Under the pieces are notes generated by a model, which ran no database searches, was not told the DNA's origin, and saw only the letters and a program-made list of their open reading frames with translations. Both the position numbers and the translations under genes were made by a program. DNA of 20,362 nt from Candidatus Hodarchaeota archaeon (lineage in GTDB: Archaea > Asgardarchaeota > Heimdallarchaeia > Hodarchaeales > Hodarchaeaceae): positions 1 through 20,362 of the forward strand of contig JAEOTM010000107.1 of NCBI GenBank assembly GCA_016839815.1. Direction: 5' to 3'. The number at the start of each line of letters is the position of its first letter. Position 1 is the first letter of the stretch. Positions 1-8,844 of this stretch are shown in pieces.

Positions 1-376
1 ACCCATATCACTACCCGCAGATTTCCTGGAAACATTGCGACCGAAAGATGTGGAGGAAAGCTCAGCTGTAATGATCCTAGCCCCTTCAACAAAAATTATC
101 CGGATTATCCCAACAAAAAGCCCTGAAGTGGTAAAAGTAGCCATCGAAATCGGTGAATTATCACCCGACTTTTTGCAAGAACTGGGCGTAGTGTTCATGC
201 GTAGTAAGATCAAGACGTTATACAGTACAGGTTTGTGTTTCACACAAGATTCATGTACTTATGAGGGTTATCTCGACTCTAGCGACTTGACTATCTCACG
301 AGACCAACTCCAGGACGAACTAAAGGAAATCAAGGGTGTAAGCAAGGTCGATATTACGACTCTGACCGCAGCTTAG
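1..376 (+). CDS. 5'-truncated putative AbrB/SpoVT-like + ACT-domain regulator
   Basis: The frame is open from base 2 (PISLPADFLETLRPKD...), so the true start lies outside the window. ISLPADFLETL...AVMIL...IIRIIP resembles an AbrB swapped hairpin. The remainder, VVKVAIEIGELSPDFLQELGVVF...LKEIKGVSKVDI, has an ACT-like beta-alpha-beta-beta-alpha-beta pattern. Confidence 0.5.
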   Translation, partial: PISLPADFLETLRPKDVEESSAVMILAPSTKIIRIIPTKSPEVVKVAIEIGELSPDFLQELGVVFMRSKIKTLYSTGLCFTQDSCTYEGYLDSSDLTISRDQLQDELKEIKGVSKVDITTLTAA

Positions 377-578
377 ATCCCTGTTCATCCTTCCTCTTTT
401 TACTATATCTTCAAGTAAAAACATTTTTCGGGTTCTTAGTGTAACCCATTTCTCTGTATTTCCCATTTATTCCAAACGATTTTAATCTTCCTTTTTTTTT
501 CCCTGTTACTGCTAAATTTTGAACTCAAACCTCAGTATTTGGATTTGAATTCATCCGATCTAGAACTGGTGAGAAAAA

Positions 579-1439
579 TTGGAGGATTTGATTTACGTAC
601 TCCAAAACTTTGTTGATTCAATTACACCCATCCTTATCATATTGGGTCTGTTAATCCTATTTTGGTTTGGGGGGATTTTTCTTAAATCTTTGCTTGACAA
701 AGTTCCTAAGATTCCTCCTGAGGGGAAAAATGCATTAAATCTAGTGGTTACCATAAGTGAAATATTGCTTTTTGGATTTACCGTATTTGTCCTTCTGGGG
801 GCAAGTCAGGAATTTATTTTAGGCTTTTCTGCGATTTTAGCAACTGTTATAGGGTTTGCGTCTACTTCTATAGCAACAAATTTATATGGCGGACTGTATT
901 TAATTACTATAAGACCATTCCGTGTTGGAGATTTGATTCAGGCACAAGAGGCTCTGGGAATTGTCGAAGAGATTGGTCTAACTTTTACTCGAATAATCCA
1001 GTTAGATAAAACTACGGTTATAATACCTAACAGTAATTTATTGAATGTTTCTCTATTAAATTATAGCATAAGACCCCCATCGGATCAGAAAGGCCAACAA
1101 AAAGATTTAAATGCTTTAGATGCAATCAAAGTATTGTCTACAGAATTATATTTTGAATCACGTTATATTAAGTTAAGGAGACTAGTTCAATTTCAGTTAA
1201 ATGCTGTTACCCCTCCAATCTCTATTACAGAGCTAAATAAACGGTTGAAAAAAGTATGTGAAAGGTTCACCCCAATCTTCGGCCAAGAACCACAATATTA
1301 CTTCGGAAAGAGTGATTATCGCCAAAATACTTTCTTTTTAATAACAGCTCCTGATGCATATACAATCTTTAATACTTGGCCATTTCTAATGGAAGCAATA
1401 ATGGAGTCCGTTTTTGCTGAACTCCAGGAGGGATCATAA
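579..1439 (+). CDS. mscS: MscS-family small-conductance mechanosensitive channel (paralogue 1)
   Basis: Three hydrophobic N-terminal segments, then IGFAS..IATNLYGGLYL, RPFRVGDLI, GIVEEIGLTFTRI and IIPNS, which form the MscS signature. TTG start preceded by SD-like GGTGA. Confidence 0.88.
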   Translation: MEDLIYVLQNFVDSITPILIILGLLILFWFGGIFLKSLLDKVPKIPPEGKNALNLVVTISEILLFGFTVFVLLGASQEFILGFSAILATVIGFASTSIATNLYGGLYLITIRPFRVGDLIQAQEALGIVEEIGLTFTRIIQLDKTTVIIPNSNLLNVSLLNYSIRPPSDQKGQQKDLNALDAIKVLSTELYFESRYIKLRRLVQFQLNAVTPPISITELNKRLKKVCERFTPIFGQEPQYYFGKSDYRQNTFFLITAPDAYTIFNTWPFLMEAIMESVFAELQEGS

Positions 1440-1441
1440 GG

Positions 1442-2284
1442 GTGCTTAATGAAACATTTGTTGATAATCTTTCCCCAGAATTCAAATTATTATTACTAGT
1501 CACAATTATTATTGTTCTTCTAGTTATAAACTGGATTATGCAGTTTTTCTTCTCCTCTCAATTCCTTAGAATTCGTAAGATACCTCTAGACATTATAAAC
1601 TTATTTAAAATTATTACTAAGCTCATCACAGCATTGTTAATTTTGTATTCCATAATAATTCTTTATGGTCCTTCAGTACAAGGAATTATTGGTGTTTCAG
1701 CCTTTTTAGGAGCCATTATTTCCTTTGGATCAACTCAAATGCTTAGTAATCTTTTCGCAGGTATATTTATCATTTTTATAAGACCTTTCCGTGTCAACGA
1801 TTTTATTGCTATCGGAAATGGAGTACGAGGTCAAGTTGTAGAGATTTCCTTAAACTACACGAAAATTCGAACAATAAATGATATCTTTCATTATATCCCC
1901 AATAAGAACTTCATGACTTCAAATATTACAATTTACAAACAAAAAATCAAACGTCGTATTGGTGATACAGAAGCACAGGCTATTCACGCAAAGAAGTCTA
2001 GAATTCGAAGTATAAGAACGTTTGCTCTTCAGCTTATTGAAGAAGAGGTTGTCCGGTACACATTTATTTGGGGCGCTCCTTTAGGAGACCTAAAAACGAC
2101 AAAAGAAAGGATTCAGGAAGTTTGCGATATCTATTCTGGTGTATTTGGTTATAAACCTGAATTCTTCCTTTATTCATTAGATTACAGGATGCAGTTTAAA
2201 ATGATTGTTACAACCCATAGCACGGAGCTTTTGCTCAAAAACATAATGAATTTTCGAAACGATATTGTAGTACGTTTCCACTAG
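1442..2284 (+). CDS. mscS: MscS-family small-conductance mechanosensitive channel (paralogue 2)
   Basis: Three TM segments, ISFGSTQMLSNLFAGIFI, RPFRVNDFI, GQVVEISLNYTKI and YIPN. GTG start 2 nt after the paralogue 1 stop. Confidence 0.88.
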   Translation: MLNETFVDNLSPEFKLLLLVTIIIVLLVINWIMQFFFSSQFLRIRKIPLDIINLFKIITKLITALLILYSIIILYGPSVQGIIGVSAFLGAIISFGSTQMLSNLFAGIFIIFIRPFRVNDFIAIGNGVRGQVVEISLNYTKIRTINDIFHYIPNKNFMTSNITIYKQKIKRRIGDTEAQAIHAKKSRIRSIRTFALQLIEEEVVRYTFIWGAPLGDLKTTKERIQEVCDIYSGVFGYKPEFFLYSLDYRMQFKMIVTTHSTELLLKNIMNFRNDIVVRFH

Positions 2285-2287
2285 AAT

Positions 2288-3184
2288 TTATATTCTTGAA
2301 AGAATATAAGGTTCTAAAAGATCACGAACCAGTTGCCCAGATTTCTTTGAATTCCACTTAAGAAGATCCATATGCGTAGCACTTGGAACTGTGAGATTAG
2401 TAGCGTGTTTAAGAGGAACACTTGCAGCATCCACAACCCCGTCATTGGGAATCACTCCAATATGCAAAAACGGAAATTCCCGATTTAACCAGAACTTTCG
2501 AAATAGAAATGGTTGCCAAACTGATTCTAATAGTCCAGAGGAATTCAAACCTCGGACTGTGAACCATTTTATAGATTTTTCCTTTTTTGATACCTGTTTG
2601 TTGAGAAGCTCTAGAAATTTAGATGTAGGTACCATTTGTATAAATTGGGATTTTAAAATCTGCCAATCATCAGGACTAACTCCTCCTCTTGGAAGTTCTA
2701 GAGCAATATTTAATCCTGTCAAAAGGATATCTGTAGGAATATTCAAAGTTCTCTGAGCAAGTCTTGTCCCATGATTTGGTGTTCCTAATAAGAATATCCG
2801 GGAAAACTTCAGATTTTTATCCCTATTTCGAGTTAGAAATTTGATCATTGCTCGTGTGACTAATCCTCCCATTGAATGAGCGTAAATATCTAAACAGACT
2901 TTTTTTCGACGATTTTGAATTGAAGAATAGATCAAATCGAGGAGATGAACGGATAATGATTGTTCTATTTTTGAATCGTATATTGGAGTCTTTAAATCAT
3001 AAGGTTGACTGAAATCCAGTCCATATTTCGAGTCATAATAAGATAAATTGATAACATCGTTATATACATTGATAAAGGAGGTACTTGTCAAACATTGTTC
3101 AATTTCATTCATGAAATCCTTTTTTCCAGCAAAACCGTGCACTAGAATGGCTATACGATCACAATTCCCAAGGGCCCTACTCAT
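2288..3184 (-). CDS. Alpha/beta hydrolase (lipase/esterase, PGAP1/LCAT-like group)
   Basis: ILVHGFAG oxyanion motif, AHSMGG nucleophile elbow, LLGTPNHG, NDGVV (Asp) and ATHM (His). ATG at 3184 (MSRALG) is preferred over the longest-ORF start at 3250. No obvious signal peptide. Confidence 0.85.
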   Translation of the reverse strand: MSRALGNCDRIAILVHGFAGKKDFMNEIEQCLTSTSFINVYNDVINLSYYDSKYGLDFSQPYDLKTPIYDSKIEQSLSVHLLDLIYSSIQNRRKKVCLDIYAHSMGGLVTRAMIKFLTRNRDKNLKFSRIFLLGTPNHGTRLAQRTLNIPTDILLTGLNIALELPRGGVSPDDWQILKSQFIQMVPTSKFLELLNKQVSKKEKSIKWFTVRGLNSSGLLESVWQPFLFRKFWLNREFPFLHIGVIPNDGVVDAASVPLKHATNLTVPSATHMDLLKWNSKKSGQLVRDLLEPYILSRI

Positions 3185-3383
3185 AACGTCACGATTACAC
3201 ACTAAAATTTTAAGTGTGTCGGAACAAAAGTTAAACAGGAGAAAATTCACTAATCAAGGATTTAAGACAGGAGTAACTTATTACATTCAATGAAGTAGAG
3301 AATCCGCTGAAAAACATTAATTAAATATCCATCTTCTCTGCATATTAGTCATTATTTTAATCTACTTAGGGTATGATTCCCAC

Positions 3384-4061
3384 ATGGCTTTTAGTACGGA
3401 TGATAGTGAAAACCTTAGTCTACTTTTACATCCAGTACGCCGGAAAATATATTCAATTTTAGCAGAGAATCCTGGATCATATTTTTTCGATTTAGCAAAA
3501 TTTCTTGAATTACCTCAAGGAACTCTCAATTGGCATTTAAAACGTCTTGAGGAGGATTCCTTAATTAAATCAATAAAATATGCAGGTAAACGGGTTTATT
3601 ATCCTGCAGGACTTCGATCAGCAGAAGCTGAACGAATTTACACAGTCCTCCGTCCTCCTACAGCCAGTAAGATATTCACTTATATACTGAATCATCCAGG
3701 ATCATTTCAGAGTCAAATAGCCCAAGGTATCAACCCCTCCGTCCATCATGATACTGTTCGTTATCACCTAACGCGTCTAGAAGATGTAGGTTTAATCGAA
3801 ACAAAACGTAGCGGACGCACAGTGCAAATTTTCCCAGGACAGGTTGCAGAAAATTTACAAAATGGATCATTAACAGCGATATCTGACTCTTATGTCCGAT
3901 TTTTACTAGAAAAACTAAGAGAAGGGTGTCTCCATCCCGAAGTGGTCTTAAAGAGTAAAAAACAATTAGTTCTACGTGTAGAATGCCCAGATGGAGAAGA
4001 TATGATTCTAAATTTTAAGATGAGTGATTGGCAGTTGTTTACTCCCGTGGAAGAAGAATAA
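3384..4061 (+). CDS. Tandem winged-helix (ArsR-like, COG3398-type) transcriptional regulator
   Basis: Two internal wHTH repeats: RRKIYSILAENPG...GTLNWHLKRLEEDSLI and ASKIFTYILNHPG...DTVRYHLTRLEDVGLI, plus an extra C-terminal domain. Divergent from the hydrolase. Confidence 0.85.
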   Translation: MAFSTDDSENLSLLLHPVRRKIYSILAENPGSYFFDLAKFLELPQGTLNWHLKRLEEDSLIKSIKYAGKRVYYPAGLRSAEAERIYTVLRPPTASKIFTYILNHPGSFQSQIAQGINPSVHHDTVRYHLTRLEDVGLIETKRSGRTVQIFPGQVAENLQNGSLTAISDSYVRFLLEKLREGCLHPEVVLKSKKQLVLRVECPDGEDMILNFKMSDWQLFTPVEEE

Positions 4062-4188
4062 CTTCTTTAATCAGTTCATAGCATGCTTTTAAATATCTGA
4101 TATTAAGAAATTCCTCATTGTTTCAGTGAATTAGTTCCCAATCTGGGTGTTTTTCACTTTCGAACCATGGATTAAGGATATGTAGCAA

Positions 4189-5451
4189 ATGGCATCTCGA
4201 TTTGATTCGAAAGGTTATGTTCTTGACCAATTCAATGCCCTTGCTAGTAAATATTTTCCTCAAGAATATATGCGGGTTAATAGCGGAAAGAAAGGTTTTC
4301 GTTTGAGTGATGGGACAAATTATTTAATAGAAAAAGCAAAAGATATTGTAAGTTATGCGGAAAAGAATCGTGTGATTATTCCACAATCAACAGCTATTAT
4401 TTATAGGTATGGGATTGTCTTCCAAAAGATTTTTGATGAATTAAGTCAGTATCAAGCGTTTACTTCAATAAAATCTCGTTCACGAAGAGGATACCGAAAA
4501 GAACTGGAGTTTATGGGTTTTGATCTAAAGAAAATTGAATTAGAATTAAAGAAAAGTTCTAATCCATCTGTTAAAACTCAAAAAGACGAAAAATTTGTAC
4601 GAGATATGAAAAAAGAGTACAAACAAATGGTTATGGACGAGGATTTCGATAATCTCGAATCTCATATCGCTGATAAAAAAGAATTATTTATCTTGGAAGA
4701 TTCGGTGGGATACAAATTCTACGACAATCAATCTCGTTTCATTACTTCAATTACTCAAAAGATCAGCCAATTAAGAAGAAAAGAATCCGAAAAAAATGAT
4801 CTACTAAATTCTCAGAAGATTTGGAAAGCTGAGATTGAGGAATTAAAACCTAAGATCCCAAAATATGAGGAAATTATTCAAACTCAGAAAGAAGAAATGG
4901 GAGTCTATGGAATAACTAACAAAAAAGAGACTCTCATCACCGATTCTGAAGTTTCCCTTTTTCTTAAAATTCTAACAACCTCTCTTGAACGGTATATTAA
5001 GATGATTGAAAGGAGAGAAAAGCAGCGATTAGAACAAAGAGAGCAATTTTTAAAATTAATTCTTGAACCTACGAAATACCAGGGTTTAAATGAGGAATTA
5101 TGGAAGCAAATCGTTTTCATTATCGAATCGCATGGAATTGAATTATTACAAGGAAAAAACTGGTTCCCATTCCAATTTCCCGATGAATTAAGGGCATATA
5201 TCACAAATAATGATGTATTGAGTAAATTTGCTGAGTTAAGAACCCTTGAAAAGCAGTTGGAAGAGATTGATAAGAAGCTCCAAGGAAATTCTTCCTTCAA
5301 GAAGGCCCTTAATCTAATAAATAACCTTGAAATGGTGAAAAAATCTTTGAATGATTCCGAAGAAAGAATTGAAGAATTAGAGATGGAGATTCAGCAGCTT
5401 TCAGATTCTCTTTCAGATGAGAAACAAACTTACCTCAAAACACTAAATTAA
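4189..5451 (+). CDS. Hypothetical coiled-coil protein (420 aa)
   Basis: Long K/E-rich ORF with heptad-like segments at about aa 185-235 and 347-420 flanking a globular helical region. No Walker motifs. SD-like AAGGA upstream. Confidence 0.7.
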   Translation: MASRFDSKGYVLDQFNALASKYFPQEYMRVNSGKKGFRLSDGTNYLIEKAKDIVSYAEKNRVIIPQSTAIIYRYGIVFQKIFDELSQYQAFTSIKSRSRRGYRKELEFMGFDLKKIELELKKSSNPSVKTQKDEKFVRDMKKEYKQMVMDEDFDNLESHIADKKELFILEDSVGYKFYDNQSRFITSITQKISQLRRKESEKNDLLNSQKIWKAEIEELKPKIPKYEEIIQTQKEEMGVYGITNKKETLITDSEVSLFLKILTTSLERYIKMIERREKQRLEQREQFLKLILEPTKYQGLNEELWKQIVFIIESHGIELLQGKNWFPFQFPDELRAYITNNDVLSKFAELRTLEKQLEEIDKKLQGNSSFKKALNLINNLEMVKKSLNDSEERIEELEMEIQQLSDSLSDEKQTYLKTLN

Positions 5452-6224
5452 ATTAATTCAATTATTTCAAGTAATACCTCTGCAGCAGTGGCTTTTCTTA
5501 CTCGTTCATCACTTAATTTCATTATCTTTTGATTCGCTTCTTCCTGATTTTGTCCTTCAATGTCTGAGCGTACTTTTAAGCTCTCAACCTTTGTTTCTAA
5601 GACTCTTACTTCTTTTTGAAGATCAACTAGCCATCGTCTTACTTTTCTTTCCTCGGTAGCTTTCTTACGCTGAGTGGTTGCTAATTCAGATGAATATTCA
5701 TCTTTTAATGAGTCATAAACAGCTCTAGACACTTCACCAGCCCTGTTTTTTTCCTCAATTTTTTCTAGGCGCTCCAACCATTTTTTCTCTGATTCCCCTA
5801 ACTTTTCGATTTCTAAAGGTTCGGGTTTCAGTGCATCTTTCTCCTTCTGTAGCGAGGTAATTTTTTCTTGAAATTTCATTGTTTGGTTGCTTGATTGTGT
5901 ATCATCTATCAATCCGATTTCAAGCTTTTTCCCTAGCTCATCAATATCTTTTAGAAGAGATTTCATCTCATTATTTATCTGTGTCTTTCTTTTTCTAGCG
6001 TACAACGAATCCACAATAGAAGCGGGAATTTTCTCAATAATATCTTCTTGAATGGAACGAGTAGGTTCAGGAGAGGGAGTGTAAGTATTTTGAGCTTGTC
6101 TAGCAACAGGAGGAGCAGGTGTGTCGTTTTGTCCTCGACGAATTGGACTTCCACAGAAACGGCAAAAACGTGCTGTAATACTGATTTCTTTACCACAATT
6201 TGCACAATAAGTTGTTTGTGACAT
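5448..6224 (-). CDS. Zinc-ribbon + CdvA-like coiled-coil protein
   Basis: N-terminal CANC-x10-CRFCG zinc ribbon, Pro-rich linker, then a coiled coil containing LEKIEEKNRAGEVSRAVYDSLKDEY, similar to the CdvA/SHOCT-type L..L.....GE(I/V)S...Y..LK motif. Confidence 0.65.
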   Translation of the reverse strand: MSQTTYCANCGKEISITARFCRFCGSPIRRGQNDTPAPPVARQAQNTYTPSPEPTRSIQEDIIEKIPASIVDSLYARKRKTQINNEMKSLLKDIDELGKKLEIGLIDDTQSSNQTMKFQEKITSLQKEKDALKPEPLEIEKLGESEKKWLERLEKIEEKNRAGEVSRAVYDSLKDEYSSELATTQRKKATEERKVRRWLVDLQKEVRVLETKVESLKVRSDIEGQNQEEANQKIMKLSDERVRKATAAEVLLEIIELI

Positions 6225-6422
6225 TTAATGATCCTTCCATACGGTTACTTGATACTTCACTATTGAGGTTTTTAACACCTCTATATCGGTGTCCGAAACG
6301 ATTAGTGAACCTTTACATTTGTAGAATAAGTCATATTCGTGTTTTGCCCATAATATTGAGCAATCTTATAATTTCTATGACAAGACATTACGGAAATCGC
6401 AAATAAAATAGAGTTTGAAGAA

Positions 6423-6497
6423 TGGACCGGATGGGATTTGAACCCATGACCTCCTGCATGCCAAGCAGGCGCAACTACCAGGCTGTGCCACCGGCCC
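6423..6497 (-). tRNA. tRNA-Ala (anticodon GGC), intronless, CCA not encoded
   Basis: The reverse complement folds as GGGCCGG/CCGGTCC acceptor stem with the G3.U70 alanine identity pair, CCTGC-TTGGCAT-GCAGG anticodon arm, ATGGG-TTCAAAT-CCCAT T arm and discriminator A. 75 nt. Confidence 0.97.
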
Positions 6498-6759
6498 TTG
6501 CTGATTTTACGGCAAGTAACGTTGACACTCATTCGAATTTTATCTTTTTTGTGATTGGTTTCGATAAGTGCCTTACATGGAATTTGAATTGTATAAAGAC
6601 GCCTTTCCTGTGGGATCTCTTGTATCAAGAAATTCTTTCCACCACTTCAAAAATGAAGAACGCCTTTTTATGCTGAGTTCATTAGGGAAAATAATTTAAA
6701 AAAGTAAGAATACAATTGAACTGAAGATATCTGGTATCTCTCGTTATCTTTTGAAAATC

Positions 6760-6776
6760 AAAAAGATTATTTATTT
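6760..6776 (+). promoter_or_regulatory. Candidate BRE/TATA promoter of the oxidoreductase operon
   Basis: Purine run AAAAAG followed by ATTATTTAT, about 40 bp upstream of ATG 6815. The region is AT-rich, so specificity is weak. Confidence 0.3.
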
Positions 6777-6814
6777 TGAAAGTAAAATATAACTTCCTAA
6801 TGAGGAATTCTAAT

Positions 6815-7381
6815 ATGATGATAGAAATTCGGATTGTATCACGAGGGGGTCAGGGTGGTGTTACCGGTGCCAAGATGTTAGCATACGCAGGACATCTTGA
6901 TGGGAAATTTGTTCAAGCGATACCGAAATATGGAGCTGAAAGAAAGGGAGCTCCAATCTACGCAGATGTAAGAATTTCTAATACACATGTTAAAACCCAT
7001 GCCCCTGTCATTACAGCAAATACTCATAGTTGGATTGTCTTGGAACCTTCATTAATTCAGACAATTCCCTTATCCAACCTTACATCTGGTACATTAATTG
7101 TAATTAACTCACAGCAGTATCCTGAATCTTTTAAAAGCAAAGAAAATTTGAAGATAGGAAAAGTTGATGCAGTAAAGATAGCTCGTGAATGTGGGCTAAT
7201 AAAATCTGGAACTGAAATGGTAAGTACAATAATGTTAGGAGCTTGGGTTAAAGCTACGAATATAGTCAGTTTAGATTCTCTTAAAGAAGCAGTAAAACAC
7301 CAATTTGGAAAGGGAAAGTTGACTGATGCGAACATTCAATCGGTTGAGCTTGCCTACTCGCAATTTGAGTTTATGAAATGA
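6815..7381 (+). CDS. porG: Pyruvate/2-ketoisovalerate:ferredoxin oxidoreductase gamma subunit
   Basis: IEIRIVSRGGQGGVT, YGAERKGAP, VDAVKIA and TIMLGA motifs. Start probably ATG 6815 or 6818 rather than TTG 6776. Confidence 0.92.
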   Translation: MMIEIRIVSRGGQGGVTGAKMLAYAGHLDGKFVQAIPKYGAERKGAPIYADVRISNTHVKTHAPVITANTHSWIVLEPSLIQTIPLSNLTSGTLIVINSQQYPESFKSKENLKIGKVDAVKIARECGLIKSGTEMVSTIMLGAWVKATNIVSLDSLKEAVKHQFGKGKLTDANIQSVELAYSQFEFMK

Positions 7382-7391
7382 GAGTGATTAT

Positions 7392-7682
7392 TTGAACGAA
7401 GAAATTGAATTGAAAGACCCAGTTTTACCCCTTGGAAGACCTACTCTGGGTTCTGCGGGAGAAACAGGGGATTGGAGAACCTTTAGACCAAGATTTATAG
7501 AAGAGAATTGCACTAAATGTTATAAGTGCTGGTTATCGTGTCCAGAGGGAACTATTCGTGTTGACGCGCATGGAGAGTATCCCTATATAGATTATGTCTA
7601 TTGTAAGGGTTGTGGTGTTTGTGTTCATGTTTGTCCAGGAAGGAAAAAACAAAAAGCGTTGGAAATGATTCCAGAACAATGA
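7392..7682 (+). CDS. porD: 2-oxoacid:ferredoxin oxidoreductase delta subunit (2[4Fe-4S])
   Basis: TGDWRTFRP, CTKCYKCWLSCP and IDYVYCKGCGVCVHVCP. Confidence 0.94.
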   Translation: MNEEIELKDPVLPLGRPTLGSAGETGDWRTFRPRFIEENCTKCYKCWLSCPEGTIRVDAHGEYPYIDYVYCKGCGVCVHVCPGRKKQKALEMIPEQ

Positions 7683-7683
7683 G

Positions 7684-8841
7684 ATGAAAGAAATGGTACA
7701 ATCATTGGAAAAACCACAAATCAAACTTATGACGGGTGCTGAAGCTGTAGCGACAGCAGCTAAACTTTCAAGACCTCAAGTTATCGCAGCATATCCCATC
7801 ACTCCCCAGACTAAGATAGTAGAAACTATATCTGGTATGGTGACACGTGGTGAACTTGATACAGAATATATCAATGTGGAGAGTGAGCATAGTGCGATGG
7901 GCGCTGTAATTGGTGCTTCGCTTGCAGGTACAAGAACATTCACAGCTACTAGTTCACACGGACTTCTGTATATGGGTGAATTAGTTTGGTGGGCTGGAAT
8001 GACGAGAATACCAGTCGTAATGCCAGTAGTTAATCGATCACTTAATCCTTGGAACATTTGGCCAGATCATCAAGATGCAATGGCATTTCGTGATGCAGGG
8101 TGGATTCAATTCTATGCAAAAAACAATCAAGAAGTTTTAGATTTGACTATCTGTGCATTCAGGATTGCAGAGCATCATAAAATTTGGATGCCAGTCATGG
8201 TTTGTTTAGATGGGTTTATTCTAAGTCATACGTCAGCACAGGTAGAGATTCCATCCCAATCAAAAGTTGATGAATTTCTTCCTCCTTTCAATCCATTAGC
8301 AATGTTAGATCCTGATAAACCATTTGCTCACGGTTCTTTAACTGATTCGGAAGGAATCTGGGAACAACGCATGTCTTTAATCGATGGTTTTAACAATTCA
8401 CGTGTTCTGATACCACAAATTCTCGCAGAATATACAGAAAAGATCGGTAGACTTGGAGATTATATGGTCGAGGTAACAGGTGATATTGATCAAGCTGAAT
8501 GTGCGATTATGGCGTTAGGTACATTGGGGGAAGAAGCAGAGCAAGCAATAGAATTATTATCTGAAAAGGGTATACAAGCAGTAGTCTTTCGTCCAAGAGT
8601 ATTTCGACCTTTCCCAAAACAAGAGCTGATTTCGTTGATAAAGAAAGTTCCAAGACTCTTAGTTATTGATCGTGCGGTTTCTTTTGGAAACGCAGGTCAA
8701 TTGGCAATTGAAATTCAAGCGGAATTATATGCGAATAAAGTAGACGTCCAATTCCACCAGATAATCAAAGGATTAGGGGGAATGGATGTAACATATGCGG
8801 ATATAGCTGCTGAGGTCGAAAAAGTACTCAAAGAGGTATAA
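7684..8841 (+). CDS. porA: 2-oxoacid:ferredoxin oxidoreductase alpha subunit
   Basis: AAYPITPQT, VESEHSAM, FTATSSHGL, VNRS, DGFILSH and FRPFP motifs. Confidence 0.95.
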   Translation: MKEMVQSLEKPQIKLMTGAEAVATAAKLSRPQVIAAYPITPQTKIVETISGMVTRGELDTEYINVESEHSAMGAVIGASLAGTRTFTATSSHGLLYMGELVWWAGMTRIPVVMPVVNRSLNPWNIWPDHQDAMAFRDAGWIQFYAKNNQEVLDLTICAFRIAEHHKIWMPVMVCLDGFILSHTSAQVEIPSQSKVDEFLPPFNPLAMLDPDKPFAHGSLTDSEGIWEQRMSLIDGFNNSRVLIPQILAEYTEKIGRLGDYMVEVTGDIDQAECAIMALGTLGEEAEQAIELLSEKGIQAVVFRPRVFRPFPKQELISLIKKVPRLLVIDRAVSFGNAGQLAIEIQAELYANKVDVQFHQIIKGLGGMDVTYADIAAEVEKVLKEV

Positions 8842-8844
8842 GAA

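Noticed and set aside
518-554. Two TTTGAAYTCA near-palindromes upstream of the mscS pair
   Set aside because: Too short and AT-rich to distinguish from chance without comparative data.
6225-6497. tRNA-Ala as an integration site for an island
   Set aside because: No integrase or transposase gene, and I saw no duplicated tRNA 3' end in the window. A distant att copy cannot be excluded.
6200-6676. Short ORFs 6200-6406, 6302-6628 and 6422-6676
   Set aside because: They overlap the tRNA-Ala gene or the promoter region of the CdvA-like gene and have non-protein-like composition.
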